Numbered from the stretch's first letter, positions 9,097-18,511 are shown. The stretch is 57,516 nt of DNA from an uncultured Candidatus Berkelbacteria bacterium (GCA_903851235.1 CAINNR010000008.1:1-57516), one strand, 5' to 3'. Translations and numbers: made by a program. The notes: generated from the sequence alone by a model not told the origin.

Positions 9097-10428
9097 ATGG
9101 ATAAAACAGAGAATAAGATCTCGAAACAAGTTCGGGATGACAAGTCGGGACTAATGGAAAAAATTGTCTCGCTTTGCAAGCGGCGGGGGTTTGTTTTTCA
9201 AGGTTCGGAAATTTATGGCGGAATGCAAGGTTTTTACGATTTCGGACCGCTTGGTGTTGCGATGAAAAAAAATCTTAAGGATTTGTGGTGGAATTGGATG
9301 ATAAACGATCATGAAGATATTGTCGGTATTGATGGCGCCATTATCACCAATCCAAAAGTTTGGGAGGCTTCCGGCCATATTAAAAGTTTTGTCGACCCAC
9401 TCTCTGAATGCAAAAAATGTCACCACCGGTTCAAAGCGGATGATCTTGATGGTGACAAATGTCCGGACTGTGGTGGTGAATTAACCGAGCCGCGAACTTA
9501 CAATATTTTGGTGCCAACGGAAATCGGCGTCATTGAGGGCGAAAAAGTTAAAGCCTATTTGCGTGGTGAAGCTTGTCAAACAATCTATCTTGATTACCAA
9601 AATGTCCTTGACTCCAGCCGGCTGAAAATCCCATTTGGAATTATCCAAATCGGTAAAGCTTTCCGAAACGAGATTACTCCCGGCAATTTTCTTTATCGCC
9701 AGCGTGAATTTGAACAGTGGGACTTGCAATGGTTTTGCCATCCAAGTGAAATGCAAAAATGGTTTGATTATTGGAAAGCTGAACGGATGGGTTGGTTTAA
9801 ATCCTATTTTAGGCAGCCGGAAAAACTTGGCTTTTATAAGCATGAAAAGTTGGCTCACTATGCCAAAGAGGCTTATGATATACAATACGACGGTAAAGAA
9901 ATCGAAGGCATCCATTGGCGGGGCGATTGGGATTTGTCTCAACACAGTAAATTTTCCGGCAAAGAGTTGACCTATACCCCTGAAGGCGCTCCAAAATTTA
10001 CTCCGAATATTGTTGAAACCTCCGGTGGCGTTGATCGTATGTTTTTGTTTTTGATGGTTGATGCTTACGACGAATCCGATGGAACCGATGGTCGGGAAAA
10101 GGGGGAAATTACTTTGCGACTAAACCCGAAGATTGCGCCGATTAAATGTGCGGTTTTCCCATTGGTGAAAAAAGACGGTGTCGGTGATAAGGCTCGCGAG
10201 GTATATAAATCGATCAAGAGCTGTTTGCCATCTTACTACGATGAATCCGGTTCAATCGGTCGCCGGTATCGTCGACAGGATGAAATCGGTACGCCTTTTT
10301 GTGTCACAATTGATTATCAAACACTAGAAGATCAAACCGTCACTATTCGCGAGCGAGATTTAATGGAACAGGAACGGATCAAAATTTCGGAGATCAGTAA
10401 CTATGTTTTTGGCAAGATAAATAGCTAG
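9097..10428 (+). CDS. glyQS: Glycine--tRNA ligase, homodimeric (alpha2) type
   Basis: CKRRGFVF...EIYGG, YDFGPLG, GKAFRNEITP, REFEQ, GSIGRRYRRQDEIGTPFCVTID. Confidence 0.97.
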   Translation: MDKTENKISKQVRDDKSGLMEKIVSLCKRRGFVFQGSEIYGGMQGFYDFGPLGVAMKKNLKDLWWNWMINDHEDIVGIDGAIITNPKVWEASGHIKSFVDPLSECKKCHHRFKADDLDGDKCPDCGGELTEPRTYNILVPTEIGVIEGEKVKAYLRGEACQTIYLDYQNVLDSSRLKIPFGIIQIGKAFRNEITPGNFLYRQREFEQWDLQWFCHPSEMQKWFDYWKAERMGWFKSYFRQPEKLGFYKHEKLAHYAKEAYDIQYDGKEIEGIHWRGDWDLSQHSKFSGKELTYTPEGAPKFTPNIVETSGGVDRMFLFLMVDAYDESDGTDGREKGEITLRLNPKIAPIKCAVFPLVKKDGVGDKAREVYKSIKSCLPSYYDESGSIGRRYRRQDEIGTPFCVTIDYQTLEDQTVTIRERDLMEQERIKISEISNYVFGKINS

Positions 10429-10532
10429 AAGGATAGAGTCAAAAAGCCGCCAGAAATGGTGGTTTTTTTATTGATAATATTTTGGTTTTATGGTATATTC
10501 TATCTATTCTGAACAGAAAGGTCGTGGTAGCT

Positions 10533-11306
10533 GTGAGCGCAGCCGTTGTACAGGTCGGAGCGAGTTCTAATGTGTTTGTAAAATACTCGCTTTTACTTTC
10601 AGTCCTGGCTAATTTCGAAGATGTTGTTAGTACGCAATCGTTTGGCGGAATTGAACTTTCACAGACCTTTGTTCGAGCCGGTGTACCGAAATATCAGAAT
10701 TTGGAGCTGGGCCTTTCGAAATCTAGTGTTTATCACTTGGATCAGCAGAGCAATCTGTGGGAAGGGCCGTATCAATATGAGCACATTTCCATTCGTTCCT
10801 GCACCGTCGGTGAAGTTAACGGTTGCCCCGGAATCATCGGAGAGTCACGGATAAGCTTTGCCGGTGGAAGAATGTCACCTGTGGGAGTTACGGTTTGGCA
10901 GCTGGCCAACTCTTTTGCGCCGCGATCGTTTGGATCAATTGCCTCTGTTTGTCCAAGCGATGTCTATGTAAGGAAGCTACAGTTTTTGATGAATTTTTGT
11001 ATCGAAGGACATCTTTCAGGTTATGCAACTTACGCGGTTATCAATTTGTTCCTTAATCGTGGCCGGAATAATCAGAAGATCTTACTTGTCCGCGATGATC
11101 AGCTGGAACAGTATTTCAAGACTCAAGACGATGCTCTTGGAAATTACGAAACCCCTTCGGTCGTTCGTGGGAAAATCTGTTCTGCTTTCGGTGATCTGCC
11201 AAGTCGAAAATTGGTTATTGCTGGCGAATGTGATAGCTGTTTGCGAATGGCGAAAATAATTATTCCAGACCACTACTTGATTTCCGGTTTGGCACCCCTA
11301 TCTTGA
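10533..11306 (+). CDS. Hypothetical protein, tandem paralog 1 of 3
   Basis: TTGATA-N17-TATATT promoter (10471-10499), GAAAGG RBS, GTG start; ends YLISGLAPLS. Confidence 0.75.
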   Translation: MSAAVVQVGASSNVFVKYSLLLSVLANFEDVVSTQSFGGIELSQTFVRAGVPKYQNLELGLSKSSVYHLDQQSNLWEGPYQYEHISIRSCTVGEVNGCPGIIGESRISFAGGRMSPVGVTVWQLANSFAPRSFGSIASVCPSDVYVRKLQFLMNFCIEGHLSGYATYAVINLFLNRGRNNQKILLVRDDQLEQYFKTQDDALGNYETPSVVRGKICSAFGDLPSRKLVIAGECDSCLRMAKIIIPDHYLISGLAPLS

Positions 11307-11341
11307 ATATCCTCTTTCACAACCCCACCGGTTTGGTGGGC

Positions 11342-11415
11342 TTTTTTGTTGATATATACTTTAACATCTGCTAAATTTAATTCATCCTATGAAAGGGAGT
11401 GGTCCGGATGGGACG
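11342..11415 (+). repeat. Leader repeat copy A (terminator tail, promoter, RBS, first codons)
   Basis: 67 of 74 nt identical, ungapped, to 12245-12318. Confidence 0.92.
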
Positions 11416-12208
11416 AGATAGGCCGCGAGTGATTTCCTGCGCGTCGTCGGCGGCTAATCGATTCGCTTTGGTCGCGTCGGCTGTTGTTGGCTTCGATTCA
11501 ATTGCAAAGGTTGAACCGGTTGTCGGTAACATTCGGGTTAGACAGGTCTATAATCCGGACGGGCGTTTTACTTATGACCGGCTTCAGTTGGTTATCGTCG
11601 GTGATGTTAGAGTTCATCACCGTCAAGGTATCGAGGATTCAGACTGGAGATTGGGGTCAAGAATTCTTCATGGGATTACAATCGACCTTGATCATGTTGA
11701 GTTTCTCCCCACGCTTTGTCCGGGAGTGGTCGGCAAGGACACAGAAGACAGATCGGTATTTTGCGACTGGACCGGCATTAAGGTTTGGGAATTGATTAGC
11801 CGGTTGTCGAGAAGCAATGTCCCGGCGCCAATGGTTGTTGGCGCAAATTCCACTAATGAATCAAAACTGTCACTGCTGGCTTTACTTGCCAATGGCAATT
11901 ATCAGGAGCTCTGTGGCCATCAAGTCGATTTGAATTTTGACTGCAACACCGGTCCGGCGGTAGTTCAGCTTGTTCAGTCGGGGAAGTCTGAGGAATACAT
12001 GGAAACTCACGATTATAAGTTGCTTTCTTCGTTATACAGCACATCGAGAGTTAATGGAGTGATCGAAGGCGTGGTTGGGAACGAACTACATCGATATCTG
12101 ACTGTTCGTGGCAGCTGCGATGGGCACGGTCACGATGAATTGTATATGTCAGTTTTGGATGCCAATTTGATTTCCGGCTTGGTCAAATTGAAAAAACCAA
12201 AGTATTAA
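11408..12208 (+). CDS. Hypothetical protein, tandem paralog 2 of 3
   Basis: TTGATA-N17-TAAATT promoter, GAAAGGGAG RBS; ends NLISGLVKLKKPKY. Confidence 0.8.
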   Translation: MGRDRPRVISCASSAANRFALVASAVVGFDSIAKVEPVVGNIRVRQVYNPDGRFTYDRLQLVIVGDVRVHHRQGIEDSDWRLGSRILHGITIDLDHVEFLPTLCPGVVGKDTEDRSVFCDWTGIKVWELISRLSRSNVPAPMVVGANSTNESKLSLLALLANGNYQELCGHQVDLNFDCNTGPAVVQLVQSGKSEEYMETHDYKLLSSLYSTSRVNGVIEGVVGNELHRYLTVRGSCDGHGHDELYMSVLDANLISGLVKLKKPKY

Positions 12209-12244
12209 ATAGTCAGAACCATTTGCTCGCCGACTTGGCGGGCA

Positions 12245-12318
12245 TTTTTTATTGATATATACTTATAGATCTGTTAAATTTAATTCATCCTACGAAAGGG
12301 AGTGGTCCAGATGGGACG
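12245..12318 (+). repeat. Leader repeat copy B
   Basis: 67 of 74 nt identical to 11342-11415. Confidence 0.92.
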
Positions 12319-13096
12319 GAAGATCGTTGTTTCGCCGGAGTCGTCGGCTGAAGTAAAATGGGCATTTATTGTTTCTCTGATCAAACCTTTGGACAATTTC
12401 AGCCATTTGTATCGTTGCGGAGCCGGCATTAACATTCATGCCACTGTTGGGCCGGCGATTGATGAAAGTTTCGAGCCAATTTCTGCTCCAACGTTTTCCA
12501 ATGTTAAGCTTCGGCTGAAATGGGATAATCCAACTTTATTGATGCGAACGACCGGCAGAACGACAACAACCGAGCGTTTGTCTGAACTTTCATCTGATTA
12601 TCTGGAGTTGGTGGCGCCGAGATTGGGGATTGACGCGGTTTTGAATACCAGACAGTCTGAATATAGTTATCGACTCGATTTGCAGGCGATTATCCAGGGA
12701 CTGTTTTACGGTGAGGGTTACAACAAGGCAATGGGTAAGGTTAGTCCTGACTCAGATCCTTTGGCTAAACTTGGATTCATTTATTCCTGTTTGCGTTGTT
12801 TCGCCCCTGATGGTAGAGCGTGTTTGCCGACGATTTCCGGATTAATAATCCGCCTGAAATGGCCCGGAGGCGGGATTTATCACTGGATTGGCAGAAGAAT
12901 TTCGTCAAATTCAATGAAACAGTATTTGAGCGACATTGTCATGGGAGAAGTTGACGACTTCTATTTCTACAAGCCTTTCCATAATCCTTTGGACGCTAAG
13001 CGATTGTTAGTGGTAACCGGATCCAGTACCGGTAAAACACTAATTCTCAATATTGCGATGCGACATATTGTCTCAGGATTGATCAAAATGGATTAA
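12311..13096 (+). CDS. Hypothetical protein, tandem paralog 3 of 3
   Basis: Same leader as paralog 2; ends HIVSGLIKMD; terminator hairpin plus T-tract follows. Confidence 0.8.
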   Translation: MGRKIVVSPESSAEVKWAFIVSLIKPLDNFSHLYRCGAGINIHATVGPAIDESFEPISAPTFSNVKLRLKWDNPTLLMRTTGRTTTTERLSELSSDYLELVAPRLGIDAVLNTRQSEYSYRLDLQAIIQGLFYGEGYNKAMGKVSPDSDPLAKLGFIYSCLRCFAPDGRACLPTISGLIIRLKWPGGGIYHWIGRRISSNSMKQYLSDIVMGEVDDFYFYKPFHNPLDAKRLLVVTGSSTGKTLILNIAMRHIVSGLIKMD

Positions 13097-13197
13097 GCCA
13101 TCATCCTATTTCCGCAAGCTCCGAAATATCGGGGCTTTTTTTGCATAAAAAACCCGCAAAGCCATGGTGGCTGCGGGCGGTACGATCGCTGTTTTTC

Positions 13198-13250
13198 AGG
13201 AATCTGATTCGATCCAGAATAGTCTGCCTTCACCCCAACCGGTATTTTCT
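13198..13250. repeat. 53-bp target-site duplication, left copy
   Basis: Identical to 14850-14902 (AGGAATCTGATT...GGTATTTTCT). Confidence 0.95.
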
Positions 13251-14849
13251 CCCGACTTGTATCATTAGTGTGACAAATTAAGTTTATCCACAATCTCCAT
13301 GGTTTCTTCCGGAATAGCTGAGCGCATTATTGTTATCTCGTCTGTCATTGTGTTTAAAATTTTGGCATCGGTTACTTTTTTGAATTGTTGAATGATTTTC
13401 TTGATTGATTTATTGGTTTTAAGTTCCATGTACCTACAGATACTCAGGGCGATAAAACAAATGAGCACGTGAGCCTCGATTGTCTGTTTTTTGAAGTGAT
13501 GGATTGGTCTCATTTGAAGATCGCTTTTGGCAATTCGAAAAGCATGTTCAACATGCCACAAGTCGTGATATTGTTGGATAATCATTTGATTATCAACTTT
13601 TCCCAAATTAGTGTAATAACCTTTAATACCAAGAAGGCTTTTTGTTTTCTTGATCAGTGTCTCATTCAGTTTTAAACTTGGTTTTTTGCTCTTGCCTGTG
13701 TTCTGAAGGAACTTAGCTCGTTTGATTTTACCGGGTTCTTTAAGTAAAGATTCGGCTTTGACGATCTGTTTTTCCATCTCTCGTTTATCCTTTTTGTAGC
13801 GGGTTAGAGAGAAACTTACAACCAGACTACCCAGTTTGGTTCTGATCTTCAGGTTGGTCCCATCTTTTCTTCCAAGCTCTCTGGAGACTCTCTCAATCGT
13901 AGCTGTCGGCAGGTTGGCCAGCCTAGCCCCAACAATGTAATGAAGTCGTTTACTTTTCAGTTCAGTAACATTGTCCCTACTGATCATTGCTGCATCGGCG
14001 ACCACAGTAAGGTTCTTGACTTGGTGATGCTGTTTAAAAGCAAGGATAACCGGAATGATCGTCTTACCCTCAAACTTGTTGCCTTCAAAGATTTCATAAG
14101 CTATTGGAAAGCCTTTATCATTTACAACCAACCCGATCAGTATTTGGGGCTGGTTTGATTTGCCGTCCTTAGAGAATCCGGGCTTTCGAAGTTCATCCTC
14201 ACCAAAGGCTTCGAAATACAGGCTGGTAACATCGTAAAAAACCAGGCTAAAGTTAAAACCCAGTTCATTCTTGGCGATATTAGTTACTGCGTCGATAACA
14301 GTATTTTTAGAGCCAACAAAATATTCCAGATGACGATAGAATTCAAGACGTGAATATTTAATACCGAACAACTCCTCCAGGAGTTCAAAGGAGCGCAGTT
14401 TAGAAGCCGGTTCAATGATTCGAATCAGGGCCAAGTCAAGAAGCATCTTGTCCTTGATCTTCATTAGGTCAAATCGCGATAACAGTTGATTTAGACATTC
14501 ATAGATAAAATTGTAACTAACTCCCAAATACTGACACTTACTCAGCGAGAACTGGTTTGATTCAGTAAATTTTAAGACCGGGAAAAGCTCGAACTGTTTC
14601 GATTCTTTTTTAATCCAGACCCGAGCAGAATCTTTTAAGACTTTTAGTTCATCTTCATTATGAGCACTACCAATATGTTTAACTACTATCAGTCTGCGAT
14701 ACTCATATCTAACAACTTGAACGGCAGTTGCTTTTGAGCTGGTTTTTGTTGTCCTAATATGAAACATGCTTCTAGTATGACAAAAACCCTATTTTGAATC
14801 AAATCACGCTCAAAGTTGTTAAGAGACCCCCAAAATGATACAAGTCGGG
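13251..14849 (-). mobile_element. IS1634-family insertion sequence
   Basis: Perfect 16-bp terminal inverted repeats CCCGACTTGTATCATT (13251-13266 / 14834-14849), long flanking direct repeat, one DDE transposase ORF. Confidence 0.93.
13265..14767 (-). CDS. IS1634-family DDE transposase
   Basis: VKHIGSAH N-terminus, FYDVTSLYFE, GFSKDGK, VVADAAM, WHVEHAFRIAKSDL. Confidence 0.93.
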   Translation of the reverse strand: MFHIRTTKTSSKATAVQVVRYEYRRLIVVKHIGSAHNEDELKVLKDSARVWIKKESKQFELFPVLKFTESNQFSLSKCQYLGVSYNFIYECLNQLLSRFDLMKIKDKMLLDLALIRIIEPASKLRSFELLEELFGIKYSRLEFYRHLEYFVGSKNTVIDAVTNIAKNELGFNFSLVFYDVTSLYFEAFGEDELRKPGFSKDGKSNQPQILIGLVVNDKGFPIAYEIFEGNKFEGKTIIPVILAFKQHHQVKNLTVVADAAMISRDNVTELKSKRLHYIVGARLANLPTATIERVSRELGRKDGTNLKIRTKLGSLVVSFSLTRYKKDKREMEKQIVKAESLLKEPGKIKRAKFLQNTGKSKKPSLKLNETLIKKTKSLLGIKGYYTNLGKVDNQMIIQQYHDLWHVEHAFRIAKSDLQMRPIHHFKKQTIEAHVLICFIALSICRYMELKTNKSIKKIIQQFKKVTDAKILNTMTDEITIMRSAIPEETMEIVDKLNLSH

Positions 14850-15345
14850 AGGAATCTGATTCGATCCAGAATAGTCTGCCTTCACCCCAACCGGTATTTT
14901 CTGTTGGATTTCGTGGCACGGACTTTTGATCGCAATCATGGTCGTAAATCGGCTCTAGATCCGCGGCTGGAGTTGTTCGATGTGTTGAAGGGTGAGTAAA
15001 TGTAACAGTGTCGTCACTCCAAATGATTAGGTTACCATTTTCACCCAGCCAAATGGCAACTATGCCAGTAAGTGGGAATTCGCGATACTTTACGGACTTT
15101 CTTGTTCTGCCACCAAATGTCTCTTGCCATGGAATCGCTTCGTATGGCGAAAACCACAATGTGTGGCCAGTTTCTTCCAATGCCTGCTGAACAATGTCGG
15201 CTGTCAACTCGTAACTGCCGAAACAAAGTGCATTGGGGTGAAGATCATCCAGCTCAATCGAATGTTGTCCGCATTCTGGGACCAAGCCACAGCGAATGCA
15301 AGTCAATTTACCGGTTTTCGCAGCCGTCCACCAGTCGTGTACCAT
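14689..15345 (-). CDS. Hypothetical protein whose stop codon was removed by the IS insertion (165 native aa plus 53 IS-derived aa)
   Basis: AAGGAG RBS before MVHDWW; CIRC...C motif; original ...ESDS-TGA end preserved at 13196-13250. Confidence 0.75.
   Translation of the reverse strand: MVHDWWTAAKTGKLTCIRCGLVPECGQHSIELDDLHPNALCFGSYELTADIVQQALEETGHTLWFSPYEAIPWQETFGGRTRKSVKYREFPLTGIVAIWLGENGNLIIWSDDTVTFTHPSTHRTTPAADLEPIYDHDCDQKSVPRNPTENTGWGEGRLFWIESDSSRLVSFWGSLNNFERDLIQNRVFVILEACFILGQQKPAQKQLPFKLLDMSIAD
14850..14902. repeat. 53-bp target-site duplication, right copy
   Basis: Identical to 13198-13250. Confidence 0.95.
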
Positions 15346-15533
15346 TCGGATACATCTCCTTTCGGCGTCTGTTTGCAGACTATACCGTATCAATACAAAA
15401 CAACAAACGCAAGATACCGCGACAATTTTTTCTAAAAAATATCCATTACAGAACTGGAAAATTGTTTGGCTGATATATATTAATGCTAATTGATGGGAAA
15501 TTATATTGACCAATGAATCAAATAGACATAAAA

Positions 15534-15558
15534 TGGGAAAAGGTGGGAAGAAGTGGGA
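15534..15558 (+). promoter_or_regulatory. MraZ operator: three TGGGA direct repeats with 10-bp period
   Basis: TGGGA at 15534, 15544 and 15554 upstream of mraZ; matches the known TGGGN MraZ-binding repeats. Confidence 0.85.
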
Positions 15559-15706
15559 TAGAAAGAATCGAAATTATGTTAAAACCAAAACACAAAAGAA
15601 TAAAAGTGGTGAACAAAAGCAAGTTGGTTACTTTAAAAATTTGTTTCGTTTGAATACGAGGGAATTAGTTTGAAAATTTTAAATTTTAAATATTAAATTT
15701 AAAAAC

Positions 15707-16138
15707 ATGTTCATCGGCGAATATAGCCACACAATCGATGAAAAAGGTCGTGTGTCGATTCCCTCAAAATTTCGTGGGGAGTTAGCTTCGGGTTGTGTTG
15801 TTACTCGCGGGTTGGATAAATGCCTTTGGGTTTATCCGATGGGTGAGTGGCAAAACTTGGCGGAAAAAATCGCCGAATTGCCAATTACCCAGAAAAATGC
15901 CAGAAGCTTTTCAAGGTTGATGTTGGCCGGCGCATCTGATGTTGAAACCGACCGAATCGGTCGGATAAACTTGCCAGCGTATCTGCGAGAATATGCGGCG
16001 ATAAAAAAAGAGGTGGTTATTGTCGGCATTTACAATCGAATCGAAATTTGGCCGGCCGATGTTTGGGCGAACTTTAAAAATGAGATGGAAGAAAACAGTT
16101 CGGAAGTGGCAGAGAGTTTATCGGAAATTGGATTCTGA
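15707..16138 (+). CDS. mraZ: Transcriptional regulator MraZ
   Basis: MFIGEYSHTIDEKGRVSIP, DRIGRINLP, IEIW. Confidence 0.97.
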   Translation: MFIGEYSHTIDEKGRVSIPSKFRGELASGCVVTRGLDKCLWVYPMGEWQNLAEKIAELPITQKNARSFSRLMLAGASDVETDRIGRINLPAYLREYAAIKKEVVIVGIYNRIEIWPADVWANFKNEMEENSSEVAESLSEIGF

Positions 16139-16152
16139 CATTTAGGCTTATC

Positions 16153-16310
16153 TTCTTTGACCAGTAGCCAGTGCACGACAGACAATTTGCATAAACAAGT
16201 TGTCAATTGGAGGGGCAAAGGCTTATATTTCACAAACAGCTTTTTATCATCCGGCGAACTTAATCGGATGAATCAAAACAAAAACAAAAAGCTGGCTACT
16301 GATCAAAGAA
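16153..16310 (+). ncRNA. Candidate structured RNA/DNA element in the mraZ-ftsL spacer
   Basis: 19-bp closing inverted repeat with one mismatch enclosing three hairpins. Confidence 0.45.
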
Positions 16311-16346
16311 ACGAAGGCGGATATAATATAATCACCAGGAGGGAAC

Positions 16347-16715
16347 GTGGGTAGAGATTTTGTTGTCACCAATTCAAATTCGGCAACCATTGGGAGCAGA
16401 AAAAGAACAGTTGAGAGAAAAGTTTTTATCGGACCGAAGGCGGCCAGATTTATTGCTGTGATTATTTTTGGTGCTCTGGGACTGCTTTATTTGACTCAAT
16501 CAACACAAGGCGCCGACAGAAGTTACACTTTGCGTGACCTATCAAGCCAAAAGTCGCAATTATCGGAACAAAGAGATAGACTACAAGTAGAACAGTCGCG
16601 ACTGGAATCATTGAATGAAATTAACAAGTCAATTACCCCGGCCGCTACCGGTGCTACACAGTTACAACCGAGCACTCAAGTTAATTATATTCCGAGTGAC
16701 AGCGCAAAAAATTAG
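16347..16715 (+). CDS. ftsL: Cell division protein FtsL-like
   Basis: AGGAGG RBS, GTG start; single TM helix then coiled coil; lies between mraZ and ftsI. Confidence 0.75.
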   Translation: MGRDFVVTNSNSATIGSRKRTVERKVFIGPKAARFIAVIIFGALGLLYLTQSTQGADRSYTLRDLSSQKSQLSEQRDRLQVEQSRLESLNEINKSITPAATGATQLQPSTQVNYIPSDSAKN

Positions 16716-16781
16716 CAAAATGTTCCCGGCAACTTCAGTCAAGGAATTCTGACTCGGTTTTCTAGTATCAAAGGAATTGAA

Positions 16782-18500
16782 ATGAAAGATGAAAAAATAG
16801 TTGGGCGAATAAAAATTATCGCGGCGCTTTTTATACTTCTATCGATTATACTAGTCGCCAGATTATTCCAAAAACAAATTATTGAAGGCAAAAGTTACGT
16901 TGCCGAAGCTAAAAGTCAGCAGGATTTTAGCAAAAAAGAATTGCCGCAGCGGGGAAAAATTTATTTTGCCGATTCAACCGATACCACTTCGGGAAATTAC
17001 GCCATGGCCTATGATACCGAGAATTTTTCACTTTTTGTCATACCACGAAATCTAGGCAACAAACAGGATGTGGCGGCGAAGTTGGCACCGTTTGTTGGAA
17101 TTTCGCAAATGGAAGTTTACAGCCTGATCAATAACGACAAAAGTTATCTGCCGGCTCTGAAAGCCGGGTTAAGTTATGACGACGCTGACAAAATCGAAGC
17201 GCAAGATATTCCCGGCGTTTATGTTCTGCCGGAGTACAAAAGATACTATCCGGAGTCGGATTTTTCCGCTCAACTCTTGGGTTTTGTCGATGGCAGCGGC
17301 GTTGGCCGCTACGGTTTTGAAGGTTTTTATGACAAGGAGCTTCAGGGCTCGGCCGGTGAAATTACCGGTCAGCAAGATACACTCGGTCGAGTTATCAGTT
17401 TGCTTTCGGAGAACGCGCCGAAAAATGGTACCAGTTATCAACTGTCAATTGATCGGTCGGTAAATTTTTATATTTATCAACAATTGCAGCTGGCGATACA
17501 AACCTACCAAGCCGAATCGGCGATGGCGGTAGCGGTTGATATTAAAACCGGAAAAGTCATTGCCATGGCGTCACTGCCGTCATTCGATCCGAATAACTAT
17601 TCACAATATGCCAACAGTAATCAAACGGCGCTGTTTAAAAATCCAATCATCTCGACCGCTTACGAACCGGGTAGCATCTTCAAACCTGTTATCGTCGCTT
17701 CCGGACTTGATAGCGGCAAAATCACGCCCGATTCCGGCTCAACCTTTGGCTCTTCGGTTGATGTTGCCGGCTTCACGATTCATACTGCCGAGGGCAAAGG
17801 ATTCGGGGCGGAAAAAATCGGTGACATTTTGCGCAACTCCGATAATGTCGGTATGGTTTGGGTCGGCCAACAGATCGGCAGTCCGATTATGGATCAATAT
17901 ATTCAAAAGTTTGGGTTTATGGACAAAACCGGTATCGACCTCTCGGGCGAAGGTGTCGGGATTGTCCAGCAATTAAAGAATTGGGGGCAGATCGGTCAAG
18001 CGACGGTTACCTTCGGTCAGGGAATTTCGGTCACAGCAATTCAACTGGTGATGGCTTACGCCGCTTTAGCAAATAAAGGCGTGATGATGAAGCCGGAGGT
18101 TGTCGACAAGATCTTAAACGATGACGGTAGCAGATCAAGCGTTGACCCGGTGACTGTCGGAAAGATAATTTCCGATCAAACTTCAGCCGAAATAAATCAA
18201 ATGCTGGTTCAGGTGGTTGAGAACGGTTATGGCAAAAAAGCGGCGGTTAAAGGTTTTTGGGTTGCCGGCAAGACTGGAACGGCGCAGTTGGTTGACCCGG
18301 CGACCGGAAAATACACCCAGGGAATTTTCAATCACTCATTTGCCGGATTTGCGCCGGCCGATAATCCGAAGTTTGCGCTTTTGGTCGAACTGAACAAACC
18401 GAAAAATGCGACATATGCCGAATCGACCGCAGCGCCGGTTTTTGGCAATATTGCATCTTACTTGTTAAACTACTATTATCGAATAGCACCGAATAGATAA
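16782..18500 (+). CDS. ftsI: Class B penicillin-binding protein (FtsI/PBP2 type)
   Basis: N-terminal TM, PQRGKI, EPGSIFKP (SxxK), SDN, GKTGTAQ. Confidence 0.93.
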   Translation: MKDEKIVGRIKIIAALFILLSIILVARLFQKQIIEGKSYVAEAKSQQDFSKKELPQRGKIYFADSTDTTSGNYAMAYDTENFSLFVIPRNLGNKQDVAAKLAPFVGISQMEVYSLINNDKSYLPALKAGLSYDDADKIEAQDIPGVYVLPEYKRYYPESDFSAQLLGFVDGSGVGRYGFEGFYDKELQGSAGEITGQQDTLGRVISLLSENAPKNGTSYQLSIDRSVNFYIYQQLQLAIQTYQAESAMAVAVDIKTGKVIAMASLPSFDPNNYSQYANSNQTALFKNPIISTAYEPGSIFKPVIVASGLDSGKITPDSGSTFGSSVDVAGFTIHTAEGKGFGAEKIGDILRNSDNVGMVWVGQQIGSPIMDQYIQKFGFMDKTGIDLSGEGVGIVQQLKNWGQIGQATVTFGQGISVTAIQLVMAYAALANKGVMMKPEVVDKILNDDGSRSSVDPVTVGKIISDQTSAEINQMLVQVVENGYGKKAAVKGFWVAGKTGTAQLVDPATGKYTQGIFNHSFAGFAPADNPKFALLVELNKPKNATYAESTAAPVFGNIASYLLNYYYRIAPNR

Positions 18501-18511
18501 TAAAAAGTTAT

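Noticed and set aside
11342-12318. CRISPR array
   Set aside because: Only two long repeats about 900 bp apart; no regularly spaced repeats or cas genes anywhere in the window
10441-13142. Diversity-generating retroelement explanation for the paralog array
   Set aside because: No reverse transcriptase in the window; leader mismatches are not adenine-specific; no near-identical TR/VR pair in the coding regions
16157-16354. Small ORF or rsmH remnant in the mraZ-ftsL gap
   Set aside because: The 65-aa frame has no RBS and no RsmH motifs; the sequence is better explained by base-paired structure
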